The notes under the pieces are model-generated. The model had not been told where the DNA came from, did not search any database, and saw nothing but the letters and a program-made list of their open reading frames with translations. A stretch of 64,000 bases of DNA from Candidatus Fraserbacteria bacterium. GTDB lineage: Bacteria; Bipolaricaulota; Bipolaricaulia; RBG-16-55-9; DRXL01. How positions within the stretch are numbered: the stretch's first letter is position 1; the number at the start of each line of letters is the position of its first letter. Location of the stretch: contig CAMTVK010000003.1 in the NCBI GenBank assembly GCA_947085185.1, forward strand, positions 64,001 to 128,000. Direction: 5' to 3'. The position numbers were made by a program, and so were the translations under genes. Below are positions 9,809 to 18,983 of the stretch, piece after piece.

Positions 9809-10261
9809 ATGCACAAGGACTTAGACCGGCGTATTGTCGAGTATCTGCAGAGAGATGGGCGAGCGAGCCTGAGGGAGCTCGCGCGGCAGCTGCGGGTCTC
9901 CTCCGCGACGGTAGGGCATCGGCTGCGCGAGCTTGAGCGACAGGGGGTCATTCGCGGCTACAAGGCGCTAGTAGACTATGCCAAGCTCGGATACCCCATC
10001 ACGACGGTGACGCTCATCAAAGCTCGAGGAAACCAAATCCCTGAGATCGTGGCAGAGCTCCAAAAGAACGATGAGCACCTCACCCATGTCTACGAGATCA
10101 CCGGGGAGTTCGATATTCTCGTGATCGGGAAGTTCCGTGACCAAGAGAGCATGAACGCTGAGATCAAGAGGCTCTTGAGTCACCCGGCCATCGAGCGGAC
10201 GAATACGAGCATTGTGCTGGCTGTGGCCAAGGAGGAAGCGGCTGTGGGGGCGCGCTGCTGA
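9809..10261 (+). CDS. Lrp/AsnC family regulator
   Basis: LDRRIVEYLQRDGRAS HTH; VYEITGEFD. Confidence 0.92.
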   Translation: MHKDLDRRIVEYLQRDGRASLRELARQLRVSSATVGHRLRELERQGVIRGYKALVDYAKLGYPITTVTLIKARGNQIPEIVAELQKNDEHLTHVYEITGEFDILVIGKFRDQESMNAEIKRLLSHPAIERTNTSIVLAVAKEEAAVGARC

Positions 10262-10275
10262 GCGCTCTAAGAGAA

Positions 10276-10305
10276 TTGACGGACCGAGGGCGACTCGCTT
10301 ATAAT
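10276..10305 (+). promoter_or_regulatory. Sigma70-type promoter of the Crp/Fnr gene
   Basis: TTGACG-18-TATAAT. Confidence 0.6.
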
Positions 10306-10361
10306 GGGAGCATCCTCAAGCAGAGATGAATAGCACATCATACACAGGGTGGTGAGAGGGA

Positions 10362-11036
10362 ATGGTTGAACTGAAGGATTTCAAGATTTTCTCCGATCTT
10401 GGCCCTAAGGACCTCAGCGAACTAGAGGGCAAGGTCCGCAAGATCAAGTACGGTCGAGGCGAGATCATCTTTCAAGAGGGCGCGCCGGCGTTCGGATTCT
10501 ATCTGATCTTCGAAGGGCAAGTGAAGCTGGTCAAGCGCACCCTGGGGGGCAAGAAACAGATTCTCAAATTAGTTGGCCCCGGCGAGATCGTGGGCGAGAC
10601 GACGCTCTTTGACAAGGGCGTGCACATCGCGTATGCCAAGACGCTCAATAAAGCGCTCGTCGGCTTCATCGAGCGTGGGGACTTTTTTGACTTTCTCACG
10701 CGCCACCCGCCTGTGACGTTTCGGCTCTTTGAGAAGCTCAGCGAGGAGCTGAAAGCATTTCAGTGCAAGCTTGCCGAGCGCAGCTACAACGGGAGTAAGG
10801 AGCGGCTGGCCCGGATTATCTTGAAGCTTGGGGAGAGCGGGATTGAGCTGTCGCGCACAGAGCTGGCCGAGATGGCCGGAGTCAGCTCCAAGACGGCGAT
10901 CCGCACCCTGGGGGAGCTGGAAGAACGCGGCGTGATCGCCGTGGATGACAGAAAAGTGACGGTGCTCGACCAGAAATCGCTTGAGGCTATGGCCGAGCCC
11001 TTCCCCTTCCGCCTGAGCGATAATCTGATTATTTAG
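10362..11036 (+). CDS. Crp/Fnr family regulator
   Basis: cNMP-binding domain (GEIIFQEG, GEIVGE) and C-terminal HTH. Confidence 0.92.
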   Translation: MVELKDFKIFSDLGPKDLSELEGKVRKIKYGRGEIIFQEGAPAFGFYLIFEGQVKLVKRTLGGKKQILKLVGPGEIVGETTLFDKGVHIAYAKTLNKALVGFIERGDFFDFLTRHPPVTFRLFEKLSEELKAFQCKLAERSYNGSKERLARIILKLGESGIELSRTELAEMAGVSSKTAIRTLGELEERGVIAVDDRKVTVLDQKSLEAMAEPFPFRLSDNLII

Positions 11037-11156
11037 CGGGTCAACCTTCGCTTGGGGAAGGGACAGGTGTCCTTTCGCGTGCGCCTCATGGGAAGTAGAC
11101 TCACCGGTAGCCTAAAACGCTGGACTTTGGGCGCGGGGTATCAGGCCCCACAGACC

Positions 11157-12965
11157 ATGAGAGGGTTCATACGTCTAGTGGTGATCGTCGCTTTGTATGC
11201 TGCGATCGTCTTTTTCTTGTTGGGGCTTGGCGAATATGTGGGGATTGCTGAGGTGCTGACGGTCGTGATCCTGGGAGTGCCAGTGTTTCTGAGCAGCTGG
11301 TCCTTTGGGCTTATCGGAGGGGCGATCAGCGGTGTAGCAAGCCTGATCTTCTCTTTCCCGTTTGTCTCTGCTAGGGAGATATTGCCCGTGGCGGGGCTGT
11401 GTTATCTGGCCGTGGGAGGGGGGATGGAGCTGTGGCACCGGCTCAAAAACCCTGCTCCCCATAAAAAGAGATCGGAGGGGCTTCAGTTCTTCAAGCGTTC
11501 TTTGAATTTCACGCACATCATTGATAGTGAGGGGCAAGTGTGGGAGAGCAACGATCGTGCGGGGGAGGCCTTTGGCTCTCCTCGGAGGGTTTGGGAGTTT
11601 ATTCACCCTGATGATCAGGTGCGCTTTCGCGAGGAGCTGGCCCGCGCGGCCCTGCGTGGCGAGGCCGGCCCAACAAAACTGCGCACCATCTCACAACGCA
11701 AAGAAGTGATCCCCGTCGAGATGAAGCTTGTGCGGTTGGACCAGACGCGTCATGCTCGATTGGTGCTGGAGATGCGCGATCTCTCGGCGCTTGCCGAGCT
11801 TGAGAACAAAGTGCGCGAAGCCCAAGCGCGCTATCGCTACTTGATCGAAGACGCGATCGACACGCTCGACACGGGGATTCTGCTCCTAGACAAAGACCAG
11901 CGGGTCATCTGGGCCAATTGCACTCTGGAGAAATTCTTCGATCTCGACCGGGATGAGATGGTCGGTCGGGAGGTGCGACGAGCCTTGCTGGGAGCAAAGC
12001 GAGCTTTGGCGCACCCCGAAGATTTCGAGCGAGTCGTCAATGGCACGGCTGAACCGTTTCTCTTTACGGTGCACACCCACGGGAGTGAACGCATCTTAGA
12101 ATATCGCAGTATCCCTGTAGCAACCGAGCGCTATAAGGGCGGACGGATTGACCACTTCATTGACGTCACGGAGAAGAAGCGCCTGGAACAAAGCCTCCAA
12201 GAGAAGACCAGACGTCTTGAAGAGAAGAACCGTCAGCTTGAGGAGTTCACCAGTGTTGTCTCTCATGACTTGAAAGAGCCCCTCAGAACGATGGCCGCCT
12301 TCAGTCAATACTTGCTCGAGGACTACGCAGAGAAGCTCGACGACGACGCCCGGGATTATCTCAACCGTATCCATCGCTCGAGTCTGCGGATGCGCCATCT
12401 CATCGACGATCTCTTAAGGCTGAGCAGCATCGGGATGCGCCAGGAGACCTTAGAAAAAGTCTATCTCAGTGAAGTCTTTGAGCAGATCAAAGAAGATATG
12501 AAGGCGCGCTTGGAGAACGTCTCGCTGCAATTGCCCCAGACGATGCCCATTATCATTGCGAATCGGACGCGGATGGTCGAGCTCTTTGGGAATCTGGTCT
12601 CCAACGCTATAAAATATAACGACAAACCCCACAAGCGCGTCGAGGTCGGATGGTCGCATCACGGGGAGTTTTATAAGTTCTATGTGCGCGACAACGGGAT
12701 TGGCATTGAGGAGCCGTATTTAGAGAAGGTCTTTGAGCTCTTTGAGCGGCTCAACCCGCGCGGGGACGACTACGAGAGCACCGGGGCGGGCTTGGCTATC
12801 TGTAAGAGGATCGTGGAAGAATATGGTGGGCGGATCTGGGTGGAATCGAAGGTCGGCGAGGGGAGCACGTTCTATTTCACGCTGCCCAACCCGCGCTTCT
12901 CCCAGAAGCTCAGCAGCACCGGCGCCCTAAGAAATACTGAAGAGCCGGCACTGGTCAAGCATTGA
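11157..12965 (+). CDS. Membrane PAS-PAS sensor histidine kinase
   Basis: N-terminal TM helices, PAS (IHPDD), SHDLKEPLR H-box, NAIKY, DNGIGI, GAGLAIC; start codon inferred. Confidence 0.9.
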   Translation: MRGFIRLVVIVALYAAIVFFLLGLGEYVGIAEVLTVVILGVPVFLSSWSFGLIGGAISGVASLIFSFPFVSAREILPVAGLCYLAVGGGMELWHRLKNPAPHKKRSEGLQFFKRSLNFTHIIDSEGQVWESNDRAGEAFGSPRRVWEFIHPDDQVRFREELARAALRGEAGPTKLRTISQRKEVIPVEMKLVRLDQTRHARLVLEMRDLSALAELENKVREAQARYRYLIEDAIDTLDTGILLLDKDQRVIWANCTLEKFFDLDRDEMVGREVRRALLGAKRALAHPEDFERVVNGTAEPFLFTVHTHGSERILEYRSIPVATERYKGGRIDHFIDVTEKKRLEQSLQEKTRRLEEKNRQLEEFTSVVSHDLKEPLRTMAAFSQYLLEDYAEKLDDDARDYLNRIHRSSLRMRHLIDDLLRLSSIGMRQETLEKVYLSEVFEQIKEDMKARLENVSLQLPQTMPIIIANRTRMVELFGNLVSNAIKYNDKPHKRVEVGWSHHGEFYKFYVRDNGIGIEEPYLEKVFELFERLNPRGDDYESTGAGLAICKRIVEEYGGRIWVESKVGEGSTFYFTLPNPRFSQKLSSTGALRNTEEPALVKH

Positions 12966-12983
12966 AGCACCCTGAGGTGAGCT

Positions 12984-13415
12984 ATGCGCAACAGAAAACT
13001 CAAGATACTCTTAGTTGAGGACAACCCCGATGACGTGAAGATCGCGGAGCGATCGCTGAAGAAGGGCAATGTCCAGAGCGATCTCTATGTCGTGCAAGAC
13101 GGGCAGGAAGCGCTGGACTTTCTGCGCCGCCGGGGGAAGTTCGCCGACGCTCCCCGGCCCGATCTCATCTTTCTCGATCTCAACCTCCCCAAGATCGGCG
13201 GCCATAAGGTCTTGGAGGAAATCCGCAAGGATCCACAACTCAAGCGCATCCCCGTCATCGTTCTGACGGTCTCCAAGCGTGAAGAAGACATCGTCAAAGC
13301 CTATGACTCTGGGGCAAGCGGCTATATCCCCAAGCCACCCAGCACCACCGAGTTTATTAAAGTTATTAATACTGTGCTCGACTACTGGGAGGTCTCGGAG
13401 CTGCCGCCGGCCTAA
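12984..13415 (+). CDS. Single-domain response regulator (Rcp1-like)
   Basis: LLVEDNPDD, FLDLNLP, YIPKP. Confidence 0.93.
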   Translation: MRNRKLKILLVEDNPDDVKIAERSLKKGNVQSDLYVVQDGQEALDFLRRRGKFADAPRPDLIFLDLNLPKIGGHKVLEEIRKDPQLKRIPVIVLTVSKREEDIVKAYDSGASGYIPKPPSTTEFIKVINTVLDYWEVSELPPA

Positions 13416-13480
13416 GACTTTCACGGGATTTTCACGTGGAGGTCATCTCTTTTTGACGTTGGGGATGCTACACTTTTTCA

Positions 13481-13886
13481 GAGAAACCTGTCCGGTGGTC
13501 GTAGGGACACCAGACACTCGTATATCTGACGAACTCTCTTGCGGGGGTAGACAGGGGTCCTTTCGCTCCTGCGGGAGAGGGGGTACAGTAGAGAGCGATG
13601 ATCGCTCACAGGGAGAACCGACAGAGAAGAGTCCGAGGCATGGTGCCAGCCAAGGGAGCGGGTTTACGGCCCGACGGACCAGGGTTTTGCCGCGTCGCTC
13701 CTGCCAACCTCCTTCGGCGCGGATTTTTCCCCAGTCTGGACTTGGCCGGGGTTCGAGTCCCCACGGGCGAGGGAAACCTAGGTTCTTCCTGCGGTCGTAG
13801 GGGCACCCTCCTCCGGGTCGCTCCTATGGCCGGTGGTTGCTAACCTCATTCCCCGGGAAGGCGGGATCAACCCCTCCCGCCTTCCC
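13481..13886 (+). ncRNA. Candidate large structured non-coding RNA, family not recognised
   Basis: Extended -10 TGcTACACT upstream; many nested helices including an 11-bp long-range pair 13609-19/13781-91; T-loop GGGG-TTCGAGT-CCCC; 12-bp terminal hairpin; no credible ORF. Confidence 0.6.
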
Positions 13887-13908
13887 TCCCTGCCTCTCCT
13901 AGCTTCGA

Positions 13909-13944
13909 TTGCCACGCGCGCTGCCGTGTTATATAATTACACGG
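13909..13944 (+). promoter_or_regulatory. Promoter of the ykuK-like gene with an overlapping inverted repeat
   Basis: TTGCCA-17-TATAAT; CCGTGT-N9-ACACGG spans the -10. Confidence 0.6.
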
Positions 13945-13963
13945 TGGAGGTCCAAACGAAGCT

Positions 13964-14446
13964 ATGTTCAAGACAGCGCGGTTCTACAGCCCCACACTGG
14001 GGAAGCTCACCTTCGAGCAGGTTGTGGACGAGATCGTGCGCATCATGGAAGAGGACCCGCACACGCGCTATGAGATCGTCGTGGGCAGCGATTCCCACTC
14101 GAGCCCCGGCGAGATGGACTTCGTCAGCGCGGTCATCGTGCATCGGGTGGGCAAGGGCGGACGGTACTTCTGGAAGCGCATCCGCGAGAGGAATATCTAT
14201 ACGCTCCGCCAGAAGATCTATCGTGAAGCGCTGCTCAGCTTCGAGCTCGCCAAAGACCTGATGGAGGAGCTGGAGCGGCGCACCATGCTCGATTATAACT
14301 TAGAGATTCACGTGGATGTTGGGCGCAACGGGCGCACGAGAGAGCTCATTGACGAAGTCGTGGGGATGATCATAGCCAGCGGCTTCCCCGTCAAGACCAA
14401 GCCCGATTCTTACGCGGCGTCCTGTGTGGCTGACAAGCATGCGTAA
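13964..14446 (+). CDS. RNase H-like YkuK family protein (DUF458)
   Basis: IVVGSDS, KIYREA, LEIHVDVG, KPDSYAASCVADKH. Confidence 0.88.
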   Translation: MFKTARFYSPTLGKLTFEQVVDEIVRIMEEDPHTRYEIVVGSDSHSSPGEMDFVSAVIVHRVGKGGRYFWKRIRERNIYTLRQKIYREALLSFELAKDLMEELERRTMLDYNLEIHVDVGRNGRTRELIDEVVGMIIASGFPVKTKPDSYAASCVADKHA

Positions 14447-14907
14447 TGCCTGACCTCACCCCCAACCCCTCTCCGACGGGGGATTTTATCTCCGCAAGTC
14501 CCGAAGAGACGCGCTGCCTTGCGGCGCAGCTCGCATCGGAGCTTGCCCCAGGCGATTGTCTCTTGCTCATTGGGGAGCTTGGGGTCGGCAAGACGACGTT
14601 TGTGCAGGGGCTGGCCCAAGGGCTAGGGATCAGGGAAACAGTCCGTTCGCCCACGTTCATCCTGATGCGCGAGTACAGGGGAAAGTTCCCGCTCTATCAC
14701 TTCGACGCGTACAGAATAAAAAATCTTGACGAGCTGCGCGAGATCGGCTTTGAAGATACCGTGCGCTCCCAGGGGATTACGGCCATCGAATGGGGCGAGA
14801 AAACTGAGGGCTTGCTGCCCCAGAGGTGCTGGCGTATTTTGATAGAGCTCTTGCCCGATCAGAGGCGGCGCATCTGTGTAGAGCGCCCTCAAGAGCCCAG
14901 CACATAG
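14446..14907 (+). CDS. tsaE: tRNA threonylcarbamoyladenosine biosynthesis ATPase
   Basis: GELGVGKTT, VRSPTF, HFDAYR, IEWGE. Confidence 0.95.
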   Translation: MPDLTPNPSPTGDFISASPEETRCLAAQLASELAPGDCLLLIGELGVGKTTFVQGLAQGLGIRETVRSPTFILMREYRGKFPLYHFDAYRIKNLDELREIGFEDTVRSQGITAIEWGEKTEGLLPQRCWRILIELLPDQRRRICVERPQEPST

Positions 14908-16166
14908 AGCCCGCTGTTGTTGTTCCCAATGATGATCTCCAAAAAGCCGTCGCTATCGAGATCTGCAAGGGTTGGCGAAGAGAAGAACTGCGCGGCGGCC
15001 CTGGGGCGATAGGCCCACTTGCGCGCGCCGCTGCGCCCGTCAAGACAATAGAGATTCCCATCATGCGAGCCGACCAAGACTTCGAGCTTGCCGTCGCTGT
15101 CAATATCCGCAAGAGCTGGGGAAGACTCGACGAGATCATTCGTAGAGAAGCTCCATCTCAGGCGACCGTCACTGCCGGAGAGCGCAAGGACTCTCTGATC
15201 GTTGATCCCAATAGCGATCTCGATCTTGCCGTCGCCGTCGAGATCGCCGATCGCTGGTGACGACGGGATGCGCTCTTTATGGGCTTCAAAGAACCATCGT
15301 CTTTGGCCGGTGCGCCCGTCGACACAGAAGACGCCGCGCTTGCTGGAGCCCACGACAGCTTCGAGTTGTCCGTCGCCGTCGAGATCGCTGAGCGCTGGCG
15401 ATGATTCGACCGGGCCACCAGTGTCAAAAGCCCATTTTGCTGTGCCCGTCCGCCCGTCGAGCGCGTAGAGCTTTCCGTCTAAAGAACCGATAACGATCTC
15501 TATTCTGCCATCGCCGTCTATATCCGCGACGGCGGGCGAAGAACGAGCAGGGAAGTCGGGGAGAAATTTCCATTTCACGGAACCGGTGCGGCCATCGAAC
15601 GCGTAGACGCGCTCTGAGCCGACGATCACTTCAGATTTTCCGTCGCCGTCGATGTCAGAGATTGCTGGGGAGGAGAGAATGCCGTCTTCCGTGAGAAAAG
15701 TCCATTTGGGGCGGCCGGTTCGCCCGTCTAAGAGAGCGAAGCTCTTGTCTTGGGAGCCGATGGCCACTTCGAGCCGCCCGTCGCCGTCGGCGTCGGCGAT
15801 CGCCGGGGAAGAATAGACCCAACTTTTCGTCCCGTAGCGCCATTTGAGAGCCCCGCTGCGCCCATGATACGCGTAGAGATTGCCATCGTAAGAGCCGACG
15901 ACGACTTCCAAGATGCCGTCGCCATCTACATCGCCGACGGCCGCAGACGATTCGACGAGCCCGCGCGTGAAGGCACTCCAGCGCTCTTTGGGAGCTGTGA
16001 TCTTACTTGTCTTTGTCGCGCGCCCGGTGTGCAGAAGATCGCGGCGGAACATGGGCCAGTCGCTCACGGGAGCCTGCGCTCTTGTGCTCGTTTCTTGAGG
16101 AAGCATCGGCGCTGTAAGCACGAGCGTGCAGCTGATCTTCAGAAAATCGCGGCGCGACAGCGTCAT
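14889..16166 (-). CDS. Tat-exported FG-GAP/PQQ-like beta-propeller repeat protein
   Basis: SRRDFLK; about 8 repeats of SSPAxxDxDGDG..E.vGS....yalDGrtG..kW. Confidence 0.85.
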   Translation of the reverse strand: MTLSRRDFLKISCTLVLTAPMLPQETSTRAQAPVSDWPMFRRDLLHTGRATKTSKITAPKERWSAFTRGLVESSAAVGDVDGDGILEVVVGSYDGNLYAYHGRSGALKWRYGTKSWVYSSPAIADADGDGRLEVAIGSQDKSFALLDGRTGRPKWTFLTEDGILSSPAISDIDGDGKSEVIVGSERVYAFDGRTGSVKWKFLPDFPARSSPAVADIDGDGRIEIVIGSLDGKLYALDGRTGTAKWAFDTGGPVESSPALSDLDGDGQLEAVVGSSKRGVFCVDGRTGQRRWFFEAHKERIPSSPAIGDLDGDGKIEIAIGINDQRVLALSGSDGRLRWSFSTNDLVESSPALADIDSDGKLEVLVGSHDGNLYCLDGRSGARKWAYRPRAAAQFFSSPTLADLDSDGFLEIIIGNNNSGLYVLGS

Positions 16167-16329
16167 AGAGCCTCCTTTCTTTGGTCTCCCACTCTACCAT
16201 ACGGCGTGCGACGGAGCAAGCGAAAGCGCTGAATGTAATGTGTATCACTATTATAGGAAGTAAAGTTCCCGTATAATGCTTCTTGAGCGATCTATGGGTA
16301 TAATGTTAAAGTCCCAAGAAGGAGGTCTT

Positions 16330-17805
16330 ATGGCAACATGGAGGCTCTGGGCATTGATCGGGTGTACTATGCTCGTTCTCGTTGTCGGCTCAAGCGTCGG
16401 CGTGACTCAAGTGAACTTCACGCTCACAGTTGTCAAGACGGGCACCGGCAGTGGTACGGTCACCAGCAGCCCCCCAGGGATCAATTGTGGCACCATCTGC
16501 TCTGCTTCTTTTCCCAGGGGTACCGCAGTCACTCTGACCGCCACTCCTGATAGCGGCTCGACCGTCAGCAGTTGGAGTGGCTGCGACTCCGTCTCTTCAG
16601 ATAATAGACAGTGCACCGTCACGATGAACTCCAACCGCACTGTCACAGTGACGTTCTCGACCACGGCTACGTTCACGCTCACCGTGACTGTTTCTGGGAA
16701 CGGCTCCGTCAGCAGCAGCCCCGTGGGAATAAATAATTGTCGTGGCACGTGCTCGGCTGCGTTTGCGGCAAACACGACCGTGACGCTGACGGCCAGCCCG
16801 GATTCTGGCTGGTCCTTCAGCGGCTGGGGTGGGGCATGCAGCGGCACCGGAGCGTGTCAGATCACTATGGACGCGAACAAGTCGGTCACCGCGACGTTCT
16901 CGCAAAACCCTGTGCTCACCGTAAACGTAAGCGGCACCGGCAGCGGCACGGTCACCAGCAGCCCCTCAGGGATCAATTGCGGCTCAGTGTGTTCAGCCTC
17001 GTTCAGGGGCGATACACAAGTGATCTTAACAGCTACGCCCGATGGAGACTCGACCGTCAGCAGCTGGAGCGGGTGCGATTCCGTCTCCCAGGACAAGCGC
17101 ACCTGCACCGTGAGGATGACCGGCAACAGGACAGTCACTGTGACGTTTACGCGCGCTCTGCCTGCATGCCAAGGCTATAGGCGCGACACAGAAGGAACTT
17201 CCGGCAACGACCTGTGCCAACCACTCGATCAGAACATCAACAGCGTCATGATTCGCGGCGACGGTGATGGGAACTTCGCCAATGGCCCTAACAGATGCCC
17301 CGAGACCGGGTGCGGCAATGATCGCATCTTTGGCACCAGCGGTGATGATATTATCTTCGGAGACGATGGCTTTAGCGGTGTGGCTCGCACGGGCCATGAC
17401 TGGATCATCAGCGGCGGAGGAGACGACACAATCTACGGTGAAGCGGGCAACGACATCATTGTCGGTGACAACGGCGATGACTTCATTGACGGTGGCCCGG
17501 GCAACGACGTCATTGATGGCGGCTTTGGGATAGATGAGCTGAGCGGCGGCGGGGGCAACGATACGTTCATCATCCGTGCCGGAAACCCTAGCGCTGGTAC
17601 TGGCACGACGACGATCATCTGCACGCAGGGGCCCGGCGAGTCTGGCAAGGTCTTGGTTCGGGGGAATTTCAAGGCGCGCATCCCCTTCGGGACGTACAGA
17701 TCTAATACGACCGTTCAGATCGAAGACCGCTCGGTGAGCTTCAGCTCGCCCATGATCTACGAGGTCATGACCGGGCCAGGCAAGTGCATCATCAGACGGG
17801 GGTAA
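16330..17805 (+). CDS. Secreted protein with three InlB-B-like repeats and RTX Ca-binding repeats
   Basis: Signal peptide; three GSGTVTSSPxGINC...VTLTATP...WSG repeats; GGxGND nonapeptides. Confidence 0.85.
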   Translation: MATWRLWALIGCTMLVLVVGSSVGVTQVNFTLTVVKTGTGSGTVTSSPPGINCGTICSASFPRGTAVTLTATPDSGSTVSSWSGCDSVSSDNRQCTVTMNSNRTVTVTFSTTATFTLTVTVSGNGSVSSSPVGINNCRGTCSAAFAANTTVTLTASPDSGWSFSGWGGACSGTGACQITMDANKSVTATFSQNPVLTVNVSGTGSGTVTSSPSGINCGSVCSASFRGDTQVILTATPDGDSTVSSWSGCDSVSQDKRTCTVRMTGNRTVTVTFTRALPACQGYRRDTEGTSGNDLCQPLDQNINSVMIRGDGDGNFANGPNRCPETGCGNDRIFGTSGDDIIFGDDGFSGVARTGHDWIISGGGDDTIYGEAGNDIIVGDNGDDFIDGGPGNDVIDGGFGIDELSGGGGNDTFIIRAGNPSAGTGTTTIICTQGPGESGKVLVRGNFKARIPFGTYRSNTTVQIEDRSVSFSSPMIYEVMTGPGKCIIRRG

Positions 17806-18094
17806 GCTCGTCATAAGCGCGCAAGGCTTGGTCACGTCGCCCAGAGTTAGCATAGACGCGCATCACCCGTTGCCAGATCTCCTCTCGCAGGGGGTAGTCC
17901 ACAAGTAGATGCTGGCAGATGGCCAGGGCTTCGCTATAGCGTTGCTGCTCAGCCAATAAGTCGGCCCAGTCGCGGCGCAGCTCAAAGAAGCTCTCACGGA
18001 GCCGCTCGCGGGTGCTGAGCGCCCAGTCCTCGTAGCGATCTTCTTCGAGATAATCGCCGCGATAGAGTTCGGCCGCGGCTCTATAGGCTGCCAT
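17792..18094 (-). pseudogene. Fragment of a BTAD/SARP transcriptional activator
   Basis: AAELYRGDYL...EDWA...RERLR...PLREE...GRRDQALRAY; lacks the N-terminal HTH and is truncated. Confidence 0.7.
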
Positions 18095-18291
18095 TGGCTA
18101 GCTTGGGCTAGCCAACACCTGCCTTGGTAAGTGTTATTGTAATCACATTCGCATGGATTGTCAAGACCCCAAGGGCAAAATCTTCCGTTTAATAGCTATT
18201 AAAGAACGATTTAATCTGAGAATCACGGAAAGCGCGAGATTTCACGGAGCACATAGAAGAGCGTCGTTGTCTAGGTGCCCCGGATTTAACG

Positions 18292-18375
18292 TCACAGCCT
18301 CTTGGGAATGAGCTGTAAGCGCTGCAGGTCTTCTACTGTCCAGCGGGCCTGCCGCATGATGAGTTTGAGCGTTGT
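18292..18375 (-). pseudogene. C-terminal remnant of a HicA-like toxin
   Basis: Frame reads TTLKLIMRQARWTVEDLQRLQLIPKRL*, overlapping the hicB end out of frame, with no upstream HicA body. Confidence 0.55.
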
Positions 18376-18566
18376 TTGAGCAGGTCGGCGATGTAGGTTT
18401 CAATGGCGTCTTGGATATTCTGCAAGGCTTCGGCTTGGCTGTATCCCCAGGTATGACAGCCGGGCAGGGCCGGTACAGTCGCGAGGTAGACGTCCTCGTC
18501 TTTCTGTAAGACGACGCGGAAACTGTAGGACTTTAAGCTCGTTCGCACTCTCACTCGTTGAGCCAT
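18333..18566 (-). CDS. HicB-like antitoxin (short form)
   Basis: YLATVPALPGCHTWGYSQAEALQNIQDAI. Confidence 0.8.
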   Translation of the reverse strand: MAQRVRVRTSLKSYSFRVVLQKDEDVYLATVPALPGCHTWGYSQAEALQNIQDAIETYIADLLKQRSNSSCGRPAGQ

Positions 18567-18728
18567 AGCGTTTAAGTTTAGCATAAAAGCCCGCATCTCT
18601 TCAAGTTGCATAGTGGTTCAAATTTAATCGCCCTTAAATCACGGTTTAATCAAAAAATAATGGGTCTCGTCTAAACTTTGATAACGAGGGAGGATGCAGC
18701 ATGCAAGGCGACGGGTGCGGAGAGTTCT

Positions 18729-18962
18729 ATGCCCAAGACAAGTGCGCTGGTGAAGTCTGCAACGTTCATCATTCGTGTTTGGGATTGCAAGCGTGGTCAA
18801 GTCGAGCACATTCAGAGTGGGGAGAAGAAGCATTTCAAAGGTCTGGAGCAATTGTACGAGATTCTCAAGCGCGAGCTGGAGGAAGCGCCGCGCGAAAATT
18901 TAGAAGGGGGTGGTCGTCGTAGAGCAATCGCAGGGAAGTCCAAAGTCAAACCAAAACCCTAA
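18729..18962 (+). CDS. Small hypothetical protein
   Basis: TFIIRVW...GQVEHIQSGEKKHF motif; start uncertain. Confidence 0.55.
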   Translation: MPKTSALVKSATFIIRVWDCKRGQVEHIQSGEKKHFKGLEQLYEILKRELEEAPRENLEGGGRRRAIAGKSKVKPKP

Positions 18963-18983
18963 ACCAAAAAGGAGGAGTACGCA

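Noticed and set aside
11157..13415. Phytochrome/light-sensing system
   Set aside because: The kinase and receiver resemble Cph1/Rcp1, but there is no GAF-PHY or LOV (NCRFLQ) module
13483..13538. Hammerhead ribozyme (GAAAC...GUC...CUGACGA)
   Set aside because: Core words are in type II order, but stems I and II do not pair properly and a stronger alternative helix exists
13279..13843. ORFs overlapping the ncRNA candidate
   Set aside because: No SD and no motifs; Arg/Gly/Pro-rich composition typical of shadow frames
13481..13886. RNase P RNA or tmRNA identity for the structured segment
   Set aside because: No GAGGAAAGUCC or ACAGAA..CGGCUUA motifs; the T-loop is not followed by an acceptor strand and CCA
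14889..17160. DNA repeats in the FG-GAP and InlB-like genes as independent elements
   Set aside because: In-frame protein domain repeats
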